Assembly: GCA_039934955.1 (NCBI GenBank)
Contig: JBDTLB010000083.1
Span: 23,492 to 87,491 of the forward strand
From: Devosia sp.
GTDB taxonomy: Bacteria > Pseudomonadota > Alphaproteobacteria > Rhizobiales > Devosiaceae
Length of the DNA stretch: 64,000 bases
Direction of reading: 5' to 3'
Below, in pieces: positions 1 to 9,604 of the stretch. The translations under genes and the position numbers were made by a program. The notes under the pieces are model-generated. The model was not told the origin of the DNA. It saw nothing but the letters and a program-made list of their open reading frames with translations, and ran no database searches. How positions within the stretch are numbered: the stretch's first letter is position 1; each line of letters starts with the position of its first letter.

Positions 1-1091
1 ATCGTACCAATCTGGAAATTGCCGCCCGACTGCCGCGTATAGGCGATGATGTCACCCTTCGGCGACCAAACCGGCGTCGAATAGATGCCTTCGCCAAACG
101 AAATACGCTGCGCGCCGCCACCGCCTGCGCTCATCACATAGAGTTGGGGTTGGCCGCCACGATCCGACTCGAACACGATTTTAGAGCCGTCCGGCGAGAA
201 CGAAGGCGCGGTATCGATCGCGGCGCCTGAAGTCAATTGCACCGGTTTGGAACCATTGACGCCAGCGCCGTAGAGATTGGTCACGCCGCCATTGCTGACT
301 GAGAAAGCGATCGTCGCGCCATCCGGGGAAAAATGCGGCGCAAACGACATCGGCGCATTGTTGATGAGCTTCTTCGACTTGCCGCCCAGCTGCGCGACGA
401 ACACCTGCGGGTTGCCATCCTCAAAGCTCGTATAGGTAATCATCGAATAATCGCGCGTCAGCGATGGCCCGAGTGTCAGCGCCGCGCCCGAACTCAGCAC
501 CTGAACATTGGCACCATCCTGGTCCATGATCGCCAGCTGCTTCTTGCGGTTGGCCTTCGGTCCGCTCTCTGAGATGAACACCACTTGCGAGTCAAAATAG
601 CCGGTCTCACCCGCCAGCGACGCATAGATCGCGTCAGACACGATGTGGGCGATCCGCCGCTCGCTCTGTGGATCAGCATTATAGCTGTTGCCGACCACCT
701 GCTGCGCCGCCGCGGTGTCCCACACGCGCACGCTCGAGCTTATCTGCCCGCCGCGCTCAACCTTTCCCATCACCAGCGCATCGACGTTCTTGCCGCGCCA
801 GCCGGCGAAATCCGGCGTGTTGTCGACGTCGCCAACCGTCCCGACCATCTGGTCGAGCGATAGCGGTGCGAACAGCCCCGAGCGCGAAAGATTGTCGCGC
901 ACGATCTGCGCAATCTCGGCGCCGAAGGCCGGGTCGGACGAGCCGAAATCCGGGATCGCGATCGGCAGCGGCGTGAAATTGCCACCGCTGACCACGATGT
1001 TGACCAGCGCCAGTGCGGGCGAGCCGGCCGCCAGCAGGGCGCCTCCGGCCACACCGAGCTTCAGCAAATGGCGCCTCGTGATTGCGTGCAT
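1..1091 (-). CDS. tolB: Tol-Pal beta-propeller protein TolB (3' end runs off the window)
   Basis: Not in the ORF track. Manual translation from ATG 1091 (RBS AAGGAG) gives MHAITRRHLLKLGVAGG...FTPLPIAIPDF, with PD40 repeats (APSFSPDG, TPVWSPKG). Lies downstream of tolA. Confidence 0.93.
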   Translation of the reverse strand, partial: MHAITRRHLLKLGVAGGALLAAGSPALALVNIVVSGGNFTPLPIAIPDFGSSDPAFGAEIAQIVRDNLSRSGLFAPLSLDQMVGTVGDVDNTPDFAGWRGKNVDALVMGKVERGGQISSSVRVWDTAAAQQVVGNSYNADPQSERRIAHIVSDAIYASLAGETGYFDSQVVFISESGPKANRKKQLAIMDQDGANVQVLSSGAALTLGPSLTRDYSMITYTSFEDGNPQVFVAQLGGKSKKLINNAPMSFAPHFSPDGATIAFSVSNGGVTNLYGAGVNGSKPVQLTSGAAIDTAPSFSPDGSKIVFESDRGGQPQLYVMSAGGGGAQRISFGEGIYSTPVWSPKGDIIAYTRQSGGNFQIGT

Positions 1092-1139
1092 CGAAAACTC
1101 CTTCAGATTCCTTGGGCGCCATTCTTGGGCGCGCTTATC

Positions 1140-2165
1140 TCACGTCAGTTCGCGCGGGTCGAACGTCGCCTGGACTTCCTGGCCAACGGCCATCGCATAG
1201 GGGCCGCAGCGAACCACCGCGCGCTGAGCGGCCGAAGCGAGGGCCCGGCCCAACTGGCTCCCATCAGCAGTGACAATGTCGGGCGTGCCGACAATGTTGC
1301 CGCCCGCGTCGATATTGAAATGCAGTTGCGCCGTGATTCCGGCCTCAGCCGCGCCGGCCGGGACGCTCATGCAACCCTTGATCTGTGCCACGAGCCCGTC
1401 GAGCTGGCTCTGCGTCAGCGTCGACGATTTGCCATTGGTCTTGCCCAGCGTCGGCTCGCCGCCTGCGCCGGTCGTCGCGCCGCGCGACTTCTCGGAGTTG
1501 ATCAGGTCGGCCACCTGGTCGGCTTGCTTGGCCTGATCCTGCGGCTTTGTCTTGGATTGGTCCGTCTGCTTTTTCGGAGTCTCAGTTTTCTTCGGCGTCA
1601 CCTCGGCGGTCTTTTCGACCGGCGGAGTCTTGGCCGGAGCCTTCTGCAACTGCGCCGGGCGCAGTGCCGGCATCGGCGCAACCTGCGTCGCAGGCGCGTC
1701 AGCCGAATTGTCGGCCGCGACCTCTTGCTGCGGCTGTGCCTCGTCCGGCGCTGGCGCAGGATCGGGCGCGGCAACCGGCTGCGGCACCGGCGTCGGCTCC
1801 TTCACCGGATCAGGCTCCTTCGTCGGCTGCGGCGTATCGGCGGGCTTGGGCGCGGTGTTAACCACAGGCGCCGGTGTCGACTTGGCCGTCTCTTTCGGCG
1901 TCGGCTGATCTTCTTCGGTGTTGCCGGCCTTCTGCGCCAGCTGCGCCGGCGTCTCGGTCTTCACCACCGCCGGCGTGTCTGTCTTGACGATCTTGCTGTC
2001 GAGCGAGCCCTGCCGGATGTTGGTGATGTCCGAGATCGGTACGAGGTCGACCGCAATCGACTCCACGACCTCGGGTTCGAGCGGCTTGACCGACCCGAGC
2101 CCCACGATCGCGATGATCAGCAGTGCGGCGTGGGCGATGACCGAGGTGGTAACACCGGCCTTCAT
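1140..2165 (-). CDS. tolA: TolA cell envelope integrity protein
   Basis: N-terminal TM with SxxxH (SVIAHAALL), Pro/Ala/Lys-rich linker and TonB-C-like C-terminus; position between tolR and tolB. Confidence 0.85.
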   Translation of the reverse strand: MKAGVTTSVIAHAALLIIAIVGLGSVKPLEPEVVESIAVDLVPISDITNIRQGSLDSKIVKTDTPAVVKTETPAQLAQKAGNTEEDQPTPKETAKSTPAPVVNTAPKPADTPQPTKEPDPVKEPTPVPQPVAAPDPAPAPDEAQPQQEVAADNSADAPATQVAPMPALRPAQLQKAPAKTPPVEKTAEVTPKKTETPKKQTDQSKTKPQDQAKQADQVADLINSEKSRGATTGAGGEPTLGKTNGKSSTLTQSQLDGLVAQIKGCMSVPAGAAEAGITAQLHFNIDAGGNIVGTPDIVTADGSQLGRALASAAQRAVVRCGPYAMAVGQEVQATFDPRELT

Positions 2166-2169
2166 CACG

Positions 2170-2616
2170 CTATTTCACCTGATCTTGCGCCGTGATGAGG
2201 CCGATCTTCGAGAACCCGGCGGCGCTGAGCGCCCCCATCACTTTCATCACCGCGCCATAGTTCGCAGTCTGATCGCCGCGCACATAGATGCGCTGGTCGG
2301 GTGCGGCATTGGGCTGGGCGTTGATCGCGTCGATCAGCCCGTCGAGTTGCACCGGCTGGTCACCGATGAAGATGTCGCCCACCGGCGTCACCGACACGGT
2401 GATCGGCTTGGCTTCGGTGTTGAGTTCCTTGGCCTTGGTCTGCGGCAAATCGATTGGTACGCCCACTGTCAGCAACGGCGCCGCCACCATGAACACGATC
2501 AGCAGCACCAGCATGACGTCGACCATCGGCGTCACGTTGATCTCGGACATCGGGCGCTTGCTGGCGCGCCGGCGTCCCCGCCGGCTCCCCCCGCCCTGTG
2601 CGATCGACATCGCCAT
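2170..2616 (-). CDS. tolR: TolR
   Basis: EINVTPMVDVMLVLLIVFM ExbD/TolR motif; tol operon. Confidence 0.95.
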   Translation of the reverse strand: MAMSIAQGGGSRRGRRRASKRPMSEINVTPMVDVMLVLLIVFMVAAPLLTVGVPIDLPQTKAKELNTEAKPITVSVTPVGDIFIGDQPVQLDGLIDAINAQPNAAPDQRIYVRGDQTANYGAVMKVMGALSAAGFSKIGLITAQDQVK

Positions 2617-2619
2617 GGC

Positions 2620-3459
2620 TTACTTGCCCCGTGCTTCGAGCTGGCGCGACAGGATGGTCGCGAACTCGTCAGCAAAGCTTTCGAGCCGGCCGATCAACTT
2701 GTTCGAATCCGCGCTGAGTTTGTTGTAGGCGATCGTCGCCGGAATGGCGGCAAGCAACCCGAGCGCGGTGGCGAACAGCGCTTCGGCGATGCCGGGCGCC
2801 ACGACCGCGAGGTTGGTACTCTTCGATGCCGCGATGGAGGTGAACGAATTCATGATCCCCCATACCGTGCCAAAAAGGCCGATGAAGGGCGAAGCAGAGG
2901 CCACGGTCGCCAAAAATCCAAGCCGCCGCTCGAGCCCGTCGCTCTCGCGCGAGATCGCCACGTCGAGCACTTTGTCGAGGCGCGCCTGCATACCGATGAA
3001 CGACGCCGCGTTCTGCTCGTGGCTTCGCTTCCATTCTTTCATGGCAGCAACGAAGATCGCCGCAAGCCCAATCGAGGGCCGCTCCGATGTCTGCTGATAG
3101 AGTTCTTCCAGGGACTGGCCCGACCAGAACACCCGCTCGAATGCGTTCATCTGCCGGCCGGCACGGCTATAGAGCACCGATTTGTCGACTATAATCGCCC
3201 ACGACCAGACCGAAGCCCCGAGCAGCCCCAGCATGACGATTTTGACGATCCAGTCGGCGCTGAGGAACAACCCAAGCAGCGAAAAGTTCACGGCCGGCTC
3301 TGCAACCACGGGAGCGACCTCGACCGCGCTCGATGTCACATCCTGCGCCAGCGACGGCGCCGACAGGCTCAGGGCAAGGACGACGAACGCCGCGAGAACG
3401 ACCGCGCCCTGCCACACTGCCCGGCGTGCCCCATCCGGGGGAGCGTCCATAGATGTCAT
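2620..3459 (-). CDS. tolQ: TolQ
   Basis: PFIGLFGTVWGIM and VAPGIAEALFATA motifs; start placed at ATG 3459 after AAGGA. Confidence 0.93.
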   Translation of the reverse strand: MTSMDAPPDGARRAVWQGAVVLAAFVVLALSLSAPSLAQDVTSSAVEVAPVVAEPAVNFSLLGLFLSADWIVKIVMLGLLGASVWSWAIIVDKSVLYSRAGRQMNAFERVFWSGQSLEELYQQTSERPSIGLAAIFVAAMKEWKRSHEQNAASFIGMQARLDKVLDVAISRESDGLERRLGFLATVASASPFIGLFGTVWGIMNSFTSIAASKSTNLAVVAPGIAEALFATALGLLAAIPATIAYNKLSADSNKLIGRLESFADEFATILSRQLEARGK

Positions 3460-3627
3460 GAAAGGTCCTTTTCGCCTCGGTCCCCGCCGGACCGGCCCCC
3501 GTACCATCGCCCTGAGCGGCGATATGACGACAAGCAGCCCCGATGCGGTCAGAATTTGTCAAATTTAAGAGAAAGTCCCGCAATCCGGTGCGTTGCAGGG
3601 CGTCATCAACGCCTGCCTTACTTATGG

Positions 3628-3643
3628 TCAACCAAAGGTTAAC
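3628..3643. promoter_or_regulatory. Near-consensus CtrA box upstream of tolQ
   Basis: TCAA-CCAAAGG-TTAAC, one mismatch to TTAA-N7-TTAAC, in an AT-rich gap between ybgC and tolQ. Confidence 0.6.
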
Positions 3644-3664
3644 AAGTCGAGTCCGACAGCCGGC

Positions 3665-4063
3665 TCAGCCCCTGCCGCCAAAGGCCGCAATCACGCCCTT
3701 GGGCAGCCGCGCCGCCTTGCCGTCCTTGACCGCTACGACCACGACTTTCGCCCTGGCGATCAGCTCGTCGCCCCGCTCGATCGACTGGTCCAGCGTCAGC
3801 CTGGCGCCCGAAACATCGACCACCTCGGTATCAACCACCAGCAGATCGTCGATCCGCGCCGCCCGCGGAAAGTCGATTTCCATCGACCGCACCGCAAAGG
3901 CGATCCCGTCCCGCGCCAGTTCCGAATGATGGATGCCCTCAGCCCTGAGGAACTCCGTCCGGCCCCGCTCTAAGAAATGCAGATACGCCGCGTGATAGAC
4001 TGCACCCGAAAAATCGGTGTCTTCGTAATAGACCCGAACCTCGTGCCGGTGCGATTTGCTCAT
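3665..4063 (-). CDS. ybgC: Tol-Pal-associated acyl-CoA thioesterase YbgC
   Basis: RVYYEDTDFSGAVYHAAYLHFLERGRTE hot-dog motif; upstream of tolQ. Confidence 0.92.
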   Translation of the reverse strand: MSKSHRHEVRVYYEDTDFSGAVYHAAYLHFLERGRTEFLRAEGIHHSELARDGIAFAVRSMEIDFPRAARIDDLLVVDTEVVDVSGARLTLDQSIERGDELIARAKVVVVAVKDGKAARLPKGVIAAFGGRG

Positions 4064-4608
4064 GCTGTCACCTGCTTGCGACGATCTTCTATGACGAAAG
4101 CCGCGCCGCCGACGACGAATCCTGCGAGGAGCGCTGCACCGTGGATATCGGCAGCCACGAACAACCACAACCCGATCGCACCCCACACCACTACGCTCAA
4201 ATATTGCGCCACGGTCGGCAGCGTCTTGCTGCCCATCTGCCAGACCGAGTAAAGCCCGATCAACCCGCAGATCGCCACTGAATTGCCCCCGCCAACTGGC
4301 TGCCAGAAGGTGCCCGCCGCCTCACCCGCAAGGCCCGCTAACACATAGGCTGTCACCCACCACGGCCGCCCGACCTGCCGTTCGACGCCGATTCCAAACG
4401 CGAGCAGCCCGATGCTGTTGACCAGAACCTGCGGCCAGCCATCGACCAGCACCAGCCACGTCGTAACGAAGCGCCACCACTGTCCTTGCAGCATTGACGG
4501 ATCGCGTTCGAGCGCCAGGCCGATCTGCGGCCACACATACATCGCTGCCGCCACCGCCAAAGTGACGACGAACACCGCAATCGTGAGCCACGGAAAACGC
4601 CGAATCAT
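4060..4608 (-). CDS. Rhomboid-family intramembrane serine protease (minimal)
   Basis: QWWRFVT (WR motif), [18 protein letters not shown] with candidate catalytic Ser, DIHG with candidate His; about 6 TM segments. Confidence 0.75.
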   Translation of the reverse strand: MIRRFPWLTIAVFVVTLAVAAAMYVWPQIGLALERDPSMLQGQWWRFVTTWLVLVDGWPQVLVNSIGLLAFGIGVERQVGRPWWVTAYVLAGLAGEAAGTFWQPVGGGNSVAICGLIGLYSVWQMGSKTLPTVAQYLSVVVWGAIGLWLFVAADIHGAALLAGFVVGGAAFVIEDRRKQVTA

Positions 4609-5645
4609 TCCGCCTCTGGTTCCTCGAACAAACTCGCCTGCGTCCCCACACACCCCTGCGGCACACTTAGCCCCAGATGCGTGAAGGCGAGCGCCGTCAG
4701 CATCCGCCCTCGTGGCGTCCGCTGAATAAAGCCCTGCTGGATCAGATACGGTTCGACGATCTCCTCGATCGCGTCCCGTGGCTCGCTCAATGCGGCCGCG
4801 ATCGTCTCGATCCCCACCGGGCCGCCATTGTAGAACTCCGCTATAGTGGTGAGATACCGCCGGTCGAGCTGATCGAGGCCGCGCGCGTCAACGTCGAGCC
4901 GCAGCAGCGCCTTGTCGGCCACCGCCCGGGTAATAGACTTCGCCCCGTCAACCAGCGCGAAATCTGTCACCCGCCGCAACAATCGGCCGGCGATCCGTGG
5001 GGTTCCGCGCGACCGGCGCGCAATCTCGAGCGCCCCATCTGCCGCCATACCAATCCCCAACAGCCGGGCGCCGCGTTCGACAATCTGCACCAGTTCCTCG
5101 GGCGTGTAGAAATTGAGCCGGATCGGAATGCCGAAGCGGTCGCGCAGCGGCGTCGTCAGCAACCCCGCCCGCGTCGTCGCCCCAACCAATGTGAACTTCG
5201 CCAGATCGATCCGCACCGACCGCGCCGCAGGCCCTTCGCCGATGATCAAATCGAGCTGGTAATCCTCCATCGCTGGATAGAGGATCTCCTCGATCGCCGG
5301 ATTGAGCCGATGGATCTCATCGATGAACAGCACATCGCGCTCGTCGAGATTAGTCAGCAGCGCCGCGAGATCGCCCGCCTTGGCGATCACCGGCCCCGAC
5401 GTCGCCCGGAACCCGACGCCGAGTTCGCGCGCCACGATCTGCGCCAGCGTCGTCTTTCCCAGACCTGGCGGTCCAACGAACAACACGTGATCGAGCGCCT
5501 GCTTGCGCTGTTTGGCAGCTGCGATGAACACCTCGAGATTGGCCCGCGCCTGCGCCTGTCCGACGAACTCGGCAAACCCCGTCGGCCGCATCGACACATC
5601 CAGCGGATCGTCGCGGCCGACCTCTGCCGACGTCGCGCTGCTCAT
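4605..5645 (-). CDS. ruvB: Holliday junction helicase RuvB
   Basis: [24 protein letters not shown] and QRTPRGR motifs. Confidence 0.98.
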   Translation of the reverse strand: MSSATSAEVGRDDPLDVSMRPTGFAEFVGQAQARANLEVFIAAAKQRKQALDHVLFVGPPGLGKTTLAQIVARELGVGFRATSGPVIAKAGDLAALLTNLDERDVLFIDEIHRLNPAIEEILYPAMEDYQLDLIIGEGPAARSVRIDLAKFTLVGATTRAGLLTTPLRDRFGIPIRLNFYTPEELVQIVERGARLLGIGMAADGALEIARRSRGTPRIAGRLLRRVTDFALVDGAKSITRAVADKALLRLDVDARGLDQLDRRYLTTIAEFYNGGPVGIETIAAALSEPRDAIEEIVEPYLIQQGFIQRTPRGRMLTALAFTHLGLSVPQGCVGTQASLFEEPEAE

Positions 5646-6259
5646 GAGCTAAGCTCCCGCAGCCCCAGCCGGATCAGCGCCGCCGTCTCAACACCATCGC
5701 CCTCTCGACCAACAACTCGCGCTACCGCAGCGCTGGCCTGCGCGCTCGAATAGCCGAGATTGCTCAGCGCCGAGACCGCATCGGCAACATTGCTCTGCGC
5801 CGTGCCCTCACCCAGCGCCGTCTGCAGCCCAAGCGTTCCCGCGTCGATGCCGATTCCGGTCGGCACCTTGCCCTTGAGTTCGGTGACGAGCCGTATCGCG
5901 AGCTTCGGCCCGACGCCGCTGGCCCGCCCGACCATCGCTTTATCCTGCAACGCAATAGCGCTCGCCAATTCGCTCGTGCTCAGCGTCGACAGGATCGACA
6001 GCGCCACCCGGGCGCCTACCCCCTGCACCGTCATCAACGTCGTAAACCACGCCTTTTCCTCCGGCGTCGCAAAGCCGTAGAGCCGGATCATGTCTTCGCG
6101 CACGATCATCTCTACATGGACGACTGCCGCATGGCCCACTTGTGGCAGCCCGGCCATTGTCTTGCTCGAGCAGAATGCCTCGTACACAACGCCACCTACG
6201 TCGATATGGACGTAGTCGTCGCCGAACCCGTCGACCAATCCCTTGAGTTTGCCGATCAT
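5642..6259 (-). CDS. ruvA: Holliday junction protein RuvA
   Basis: [18 protein letters not shown], HhH motifs GVGARVA and GVGPKLA. Confidence 0.97.
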   Translation of the reverse strand: MIGKLKGLVDGFGDDYVHIDVGGVVYEAFCSSKTMAGLPQVGHAAVVHVEMIVREDMIRLYGFATPEEKAWFTTLMTVQGVGARVALSILSTLSTSELASAIALQDKAMVGRASGVGPKLAIRLVTELKGKVPTGIGIDAGTLGLQTALGEGTAQSNVADAVSALSNLGYSSAQASAAVARVVGREGDGVETAALIRLGLRELSS

Positions 6260-6759
6260 GCGCTGGCCCTCAGCGCCGCCATGCCGCGATGGTGCGCATG
6301 GCAGATCGCGATCGCGAGCGCATCGGCCGCGTCGGCGCCCTTGAAATCGGCAGCGGGCAGCAGCGTCTTGACCATCAGCTGAATCTGCGCCTTCTCGGCA
6401 TGGCCGCTGCCGACCACCGACTTCTTGACGAGGTTCGCGGCGTACTCGCCGACCACCAGTCCCATCAGGGCAGGCGTCATCAGCACCACGCCGCGCGCCT
6501 GTCCCAATTGCAGCGCCGAGCGTGGCCCGGCATTGACGAACGTCTCTTCCACGGCCGCCTCGTCAGGCCGGTGCAGTTCGATCAGCGCTCGCAATCCGAC
6601 ATGCAACTCGGTCAACCGTTCCGCCAGCGAACCCTCGATCCGCGGCGTCAGCGTACCGCACGCGACGTAACGCAGCCGATTGCCTTCGCTTTCAATGATG
6701 CCCCAACCGCAGCGCCGAAGGCCCGGATCGATGCCGATGATTCGCACCATGCTCGCCAT
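6256..6759 (-). CDS. ruvC: Crossover junction endodeoxyribonuclease RuvC
   Basis: [18 protein letters not shown] and [12 protein letters not shown] motifs; RBS GGAGA. Confidence 0.97.
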   Translation of the reverse strand: MASMVRIIGIDPGLRRCGWGIIESEGNRLRYVACGTLTPRIEGSLAERLTELHVGLRALIELHRPDEAAVEETFVNAGPRSALQLGQARGVVLMTPALMGLVVGEYAANLVKKSVVGSGHAEKAQIQLMVKTLLPAADFKGADAADALAIAICHAHHRGMAALRASA

Positions 6760-6804
6760 GTCTCCAGCAATAAGCGGTCGGCAAACACCTACCAAGCGTT
6801 ATGT

Positions 6805-6819
6805 GAACAAAACAGCAAC
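6805..6819. promoter_or_regulatory. Putative alphaproteobacterial LexA (SOS) box
   Basis: GAAC-AAAACAG-CAAC, one mismatch to GAAC-N7-GAAC, about 45 bp upstream of ruvC. Confidence 0.55.
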
Positions 6820-6923
6820 AATCCCCGACTTCGCTCCGTAGATCGCATTTTATCGATCGGCTGAAGCCGGTGTTCAGCCGCTGCCCCTACGATCGTTTTC
6901 AGGGAAGATCAGGGTGGGATGAC

Positions 6924-7742
6924 GTGACGATACAAATCCGGGATTTGCCTAAATCAGCGTTGCGCAAAGTGGTCGTGACAACCCTCATTGTCATCGCCGG
7001 GTCGATCGTCGCTTCCAACCTCATCTCTGTCGTGCTGCTCGACGCGCTCAGCAACGGCATCAACACGACGGGCCTGATCGTCGCCACGGTCATGCCGGTG
7101 ATCCTGGGCGGCCCGATAATGTTTTATCAGGCGCTGCGCCATCAGCAGCTCAAGCATGCCAACGCCCAACTCGACATCCTCGCCTCGACCGACTGGCTCA
7201 CCACTTGCCTCAATCGGCGTGCCTTCACCGCCGATGCGTCGGCGCTGCTGGATCCGGCGTCCGGGCACTCGGGCACACTGCTCGTCGTAGATGCCGACCA
7301 CTTCAAGCTGATCAATGACCGCTTCGGCCACGAGGCCGGCGACACCGCCCTGCAATTGCTGGCGAGCACCATTCAGTCCACCGTCCGTGACGGCGACCTC
7401 GTCGGTCGGCTCGGTGGCGAAGAGTTCGGCGTCTTCCTCACCGACGCCGACTACGATACGGCCCTTGCCGCCGCCGGCCGCATTCGTGATGCTGTCGCGG
7501 CGCTCCACTTCGCCCCCGCCGGTGAGCGTCACCTGCTTTCAGTCAGTATCGGCGGCGCCACCATGGCCGACCGCAGCAGGTTCGCCGAACTGTTCCGCAC
7601 GGCCGATCAGCAACTCTATGGCGCCAAGGCCGGCGGTCGCAACCGCATCGCGCTTGTGCGCGTCCCGCCCTCGATCGATGGCCCCGCCAATGGCAATCAG
7701 CCCCCGCCGCTGGTCGATAAAACTGCGTTAGCATCCATATAG
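6924..7742 (+). CDS. Membrane-anchored diguanylate cyclase (GGDEF)
   Basis: Two TM helices, TDWLT, DADHFKLINDRFGH, RDGD I-site, GGEEF. The GTG start at 6924 is uncertain. Confidence 0.9.
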   Translation: MTIQIRDLPKSALRKVVVTTLIVIAGSIVASNLISVVLLDALSNGINTTGLIVATVMPVILGGPIMFYQALRHQQLKHANAQLDILASTDWLTTCLNRRAFTADASALLDPASGHSGTLLVVDADHFKLINDRFGHEAGDTALQLLASTIQSTVRDGDLVGRLGGEEFGVFLTDADYDTALAAAGRIRDAVAALHFAPAGERHLLSVSIGGATMADRSRFAELFRTADQQLYGAKAGGRNRIALVRVPPSIDGPANGNQPPPLVDKTALASI

Positions 7743-7808
7743 AGCTTCTCAATCCTTTTCTTCCATGATGCCCAACGTCATTCTCTGGAGGGCCTAGCGC
7801 GGCAATCG

Positions 7809-8579
7809 ATGAAGCTTGATCTTTCGGCTGAAGGCTGGGGACGCGTCATCCTCTCAACCGCACTGGGTACCACGATCTGCGTGATCGCGGCTGTCTACGT
7901 TGATTCCTATAATTTCGGCGTCATGGACGAGGCGGCCCGCCTGAAGGCGATCCTCACCGACGTGCTGCTGCCCGTCGTCCTCGCCGTCCCGTTGCTGCTG
8001 TTCTTCACCAGCAAACTGCGCGAACTGGCGATTGCCCACCGTCGCCTCATGATCTTCGCCGCCACCGACGGCCTGACCCAGGTCATGAACCGGGCAGCGT
8101 TCTCGACCCTCGTCGATGCCTTCCTCACCGAGGTGCATGCTGCCGAATCGCAGAAGCGCGGAGCGCTGCTCATCATCGATGCCGACAACTTCAAGGCCGT
8201 CAATGACCGCTACGGCCATGACCGCGGCGACGAGGCCTTGATCACCATCGCGCACTCGATCAAATACGTGTTGCGCTCACCCGACGTCGTCGGTCGCCTT
8301 GGCGGCGAAGAGTTCGGTGTGTTCCTGCCGGGGGCGACACGCGACCAGGCGGAAATTGTTGCCGAGCGAATCCGGCAATCGGTCAATGATGCGACCTTTG
8401 CGCCGGCAGAAGGCGCTCATCCGCTCTCGGTCAGCGTCGGCGGCGCGGTATTCGACCACACACTGCCATTCTCCGACCTGTTCCGGCTCGCCGACCAGCA
8501 ACTCTATGTCGCCAAGCAACGTGGCCGAAATCGTGTCTCTATTCGGCCCGCACCGCAGGGCGACGCGCTCGCTGCCTAG
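7809..8579 (+). CDS. Membrane-anchored diguanylate cyclase (GGDEF), paralog
   Basis: Two TM helices, TDGLT, DADNFKAVNDRYGH, RSPD I-site, GGEEF. Confidence 0.92.
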   Translation: MKLDLSAEGWGRVILSTALGTTICVIAAVYVDSYNFGVMDEAARLKAILTDVLLPVVLAVPLLLFFTSKLRELAIAHRRLMIFAATDGLTQVMNRAAFSTLVDAFLTEVHAAESQKRGALLIIDADNFKAVNDRYGHDRGDEALITIAHSIKYVLRSPDVVGRLGGEEFGVFLPGATRDQAEIVAERIRQSVNDATFAPAEGAHPLSVSVGGAVFDHTLPFSDLFRLADQQLYVAKQRGRNRVSIRPAPQGDALAA

Positions 8580-8591
8580 CGCCCGCTGTCC

Positions 8592-9338
8592 TCAACCCTC
8601 GAGCTTCGCCATGTCTTCGTCGCTCATCTCGTAGTTCGCGTAGACGTTCTGCACGTCGTCATCATCCTCGAGCAGCCCGATGACCTTGAGCAGCGTCGCG
8701 CCCTTCTCGGCATCGACCAGAATGCTGTTCTGCGGCCGCCAGATCGCCTTGACTGACCCCGCTTCGCCCAACGCCTTTTCGAGTGCTGTGGCGACTTCGC
8801 CGATGCCCTCAAAACTGGTGTAGATCCAGTGGCCATCTTCGTCGCTCTCGACGTCGTCGGCCCCGGCCTCGATCGCGGCTTCCATCACCTTGTCGGCATT
8901 ACCGGCACTCGCCGGATAGGCGATCTCGCCGACGTGGTCGAACATGAAGCCGACGGAATTCGTTTCGCCCAGCGCGCCGCCATTCTTGGATAGCGTCGAG
9001 CGCACGTTGGATGCGGTTCTGTTGCGGTTGTCGGTCAGCGTCTCGATGATGATCGCGATCCCACCTGGACCGTAGCCTTCGTAGCGGATCGCTTCATAGT
9101 TCTCACTGTCGCTGCCGATCGCCTTTTTGATCGCCCGTTCGATGTTGTCGCGCGGCATCGACAGCGCCCGGGCGTTGGTCACCGCAAGGCGGAGCCGAGC
9201 ATTCATCGACGGGTCGGGCGTTCCGAGCTTGGCGGCGACGGTGATTTCGCGCGCCAGCTTGGAGAAGACTTTCGAGCGCACAGCATCGCTCTTACCCTTG
9301 CGGAACATGATGTTTTTGGCATGCGAATGGCCAGCCAT
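8592..9338 (-). CDS. yebC: YebC/PmpR family protein
   Basis: [20 protein letters not shown] and DDDVQNVY motifs. Confidence 0.96.
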   Translation of the reverse strand: MAGHSHAKNIMFRKGKSDAVRSKVFSKLAREITVAAKLGTPDPSMNARLRLAVTNARALSMPRDNIERAIKKAIGSDSENYEAIRYEGYGPGGIAIIIETLTDNRNRTASNVRSTLSKNGGALGETNSVGFMFDHVGEIAYPASAGNADKVMEAAIEAGADDVESDEDGHWIYTSFEGIGEVATALEKALGEAGSVKAIWRPQNSILVDAEKGATLLKVIGLLEDDDDVQNVYANYEMSDEDMAKLEG

Positions 9339-9567
9339 GTCGGTCGTTTCCCCTCGGCGAACTGTAGAAATTCGGTCGCGCCTTATAGTGACGCGCGTGA
9401 TGCTTGTGAAGCCGACGCAGCGCTGGCGGTCAAGCCGTCGTCCGCAGCAACGATGTCTCTTGGCATCCCGGACGCGCCGCACTGCTATTCCAGGATCATG
9501 AAGGCCCGGGACGGTGACGGCGACCAATCCCGGTTACACTTCGGCAAGGTTACGAAAGTTCTACCCG

Positions 9568-9583
9568 TTAACGGGTGATTAAC
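9568..9583. promoter_or_regulatory. Perfect CtrA box
   Basis: TTAA-CGGGTGA-TTAAC, with a GANTC site (GAGTC) at 9590-9594 just downstream. Confidence 0.8.
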
Positions 9584-9604
9584 TTCTTTGAGTCAATTTA
9601 GCGC

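Noticed and set aside
1918-3642. Long + strand ORFs opposite real genes (574 aa here; also 16846-18723, 36338-37981, 38779-40107, 42351-43949, and minus-strand 49429-50946)
   Set aside because: Antisense shadows of high-GC genes; Arg/His-rich with no recognisable motifs.
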